64,000 nucleotides of DNA, taken from Antedon mediterranea. Lineage: Eukaryota > Animalia > Echinodermata. The notes under the pieces were generated by a model that saw only the letters and a list, made by a program, of their open reading frames with translations, searched no databases and was not told where the DNA came from. A program made the translations under genes and the position numbers. The DNA lies in contig NC_092676.1 in the NCBI RefSeq assembly GCF_964355755.1, positions 10,641,888-10,705,887 of the forward strand, read 5' to 3'. The first letter of the stretch is position 1; each line of letters starts with the position of its first letter. Positions 62,085 through 64,000 of this stretch are shown here, in pieces.

Positions 62085-64000
62085 TTCCCTGTGCTCCCAT
62101 TGGTGCCAAATTGGGTCCACTTGAGCACAGTGTAACATACGAAAAGATATTAAAATTTAGTGAATTTTTTCTATTTTATATTTTTACTGTGCTCACTGGC
62201 GCGCGCGCCAAATTGGGTTCACGTAAGCACAGTGTATTAACATACGAAAAGATATTAAAATTCAGTGACTTATTTCTATTTTATATTATCACAGTGCCCC
62301 CCTGGCTCCAAATCGGGTCCACTTGAGCATAGTGTATATTAAATACGAAAAGATATTAAAATTCAGTGACTTTTTCCATTTATATCACTGTGCTCCACTG
62401 GCGCCAAATTAGGTCCACTTGAGCACAGTGTATTAACATACGAAAATATATTAACATTCAATGACTTATTTCTATTTTATATCACTGTGCTCTCCTGGCG
62501 CCAAATTGGGTCCACTTGAGCACAGTGTATTAACATACGAAAAGATATTACAATTCAGTGACTTTTTTCTATTTTATATCACTGTGCTCCACTGGCTCCA
62601 AATTGGGTCCACTTGAGCACAGTGTATTAACATACGAAAAAATATTAAAATTCAGTGACTTTTTTTCTATTTTATATCACTGTGCTCCCCTGGTTCCAAA
62701 TTGTATCCACTTGAGCACAGTGTATTAACATACGAAAAGATATTAAAATGTAGTGACTTATTTCTATTTTATATCACTGTGCTCCCCTAGCTCCAAATTG
62801 GGTCCACTTGAGCACAGTGTATTAACATACGAAACGATATTAAAATTCAGTGACTTATTTCTATTTTATATCACTGTGCTCCCCTAGCTTCAAATTGGGT
62901 CCACTTGAGCACAGTGTATTAACATACGAAAGGATAGACTTGCCCCAAGTCTGTATTATCTTTTTTTTTTAATTATTTTTTTTTATTTCGACCGCGATTT
63001 TTGTCTGAAAATACAGACTTGTGAAACACGTATAGAAATCGATTTGCAGACCGCAAACATACGATAAGAATGACGTAGGTTATCATACCGTATTTGGCTA
63101 TATGGGGCGGGCGGTATGTGGATTTCGAATCAACCAATGATCATTTTGTTTCAAGATGAAAGAGATCGAGTACGTAGGCCTACCAGTGCTTAATGTACGA
63201 TCGAGACTGTTGAAATATAAAATAGTAATGCCAAGTTGTTTTGTTTATTAATTGTTTAGTCCTTGGCCTAGGCCTCTTTCGTAGGTCCTACTCAACTCGC
63301 ACGTATGACCTGCCAAATAAAACGCCAATGAAGTAGGCCTACATACCACCGGCACACAACAGGGCTACACCACCACACAGAATTCTTGGTGTCAAACCAC
63401 GTGACTTGTGCGTGTTTCCCCAGACGGAGTATCCAAAATCAAGTAGTATACGTATGAAACGCCATATGTGCCAAAATATTTATCTTTTAACTAATATTAA
63501 GACAAAACTCCGTCTGGAACCCAGACTAACGAAAGGATATTAAAATTCAGTGACTTATTTCTATTTTATAGTCACTGTGCTCCACTGGCTCCATACTGGG
63601 TCCACTTCTTGAGCACAGTGTATTAACATACAAAAAGATATTAAAATTCAGTGACTTATTTCTATTTTATATCACTGTGTGCTCCCCTAGCTCCAAATTG
63701 GGTCCAGCTGAGCACAGTGTATTAACATACGAAAAGATATTAAAATTCAGTGACTTATTTCTGTTTTATATCACTGTGCTCCGCTGGCGCCAAATTAGGT
63801 CCACTTGAGCACAGTGTATTAACATACGAAAATATATTAACATTCAGTGAATTATTTCTATTTTATATCACTGTGCTCTCCTGGCGCCAAATTGGGTCCA
63901 CTTGAGCACAATGTATTAACATACGAAAAGATATTAAAATTCAATGACTTATTTCTATTTATATCACTGTGCTACACTGGCTCCAAATTGGGTCCACTTG
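62085..64000. repeat. 97-bp satellite with internal inverted repeat CACTGTGCTC..GAGCACAGTG
   Basis: About 9 units before and 5 after the insertion at 62935-63528; runs off the window end. Confidence 0.95.
62935..63528. mobile_element. Non-autonomous DNA transposon with TAG..CTA ends and 9-bp TSD (AcademH-like)
   Basis: TSD ACGAAAGGA at 62926-62934 and 63529-63537. Ends TAGACTTGCCCCAAGTCT and GTCTGGAACCCAGACTA each form a hairpin. Superfamily assignment is from recalled hallmarks. Confidence 0.75.

Noticed and set aside
62085-64000. CRISPR-like array
   Set aside because: Whole 97-bp units repeat with no unique spacers, the context is eukaryotic, and there are no cas genes.

Overview
AT-rich eukaryotic DNA from an animal, plausibly a marine invertebrate such as an echinoderm (inferred from composition and repeat families only). 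It holds two spliced host genes transcribed divergently. One is a complete SLC22/organic-cation-transporter-like MFS gene on the minus strand (10 coding exons, 33003 to 12285, 552 aa by my assembly). The other is an unrecognised gene of about 1,500 aa on the plus strand (43723-54963, about 32 coding exons) with an acidic disordered half and a coiled-coil half that grew by tandem exon duplication. The rest is nested transposon debris: a 5S-headed SINE, a Ginger-like TIR element with an OTU protease remnant, CR1/L2-group, Rex1, RTE and Tx1 LINE fragments, a Penelope-like element, non-autonomous Helitrons and HINEs, pogo/Tigger transposases, MITEs, a foldback and satellites. The most intriguing signal is a TA-duplicating micro-insertion process (TA to TACTGTA or TAGGCCTA). 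Removing these motifs restores reading frame or spacing in a fossil LINE and restores colinearity between paralogous copies, and the same motifs appear to have built a 1-kb tract in the first intron of the plus-strand gene. Also notable are (TA)n-bounded tandem units carrying complete tRNA cloverleaves with the atypical ATC anticodon, and a 1-kb inversion supported by two independent nested elements. All alignments were done by eye; no searches were run.
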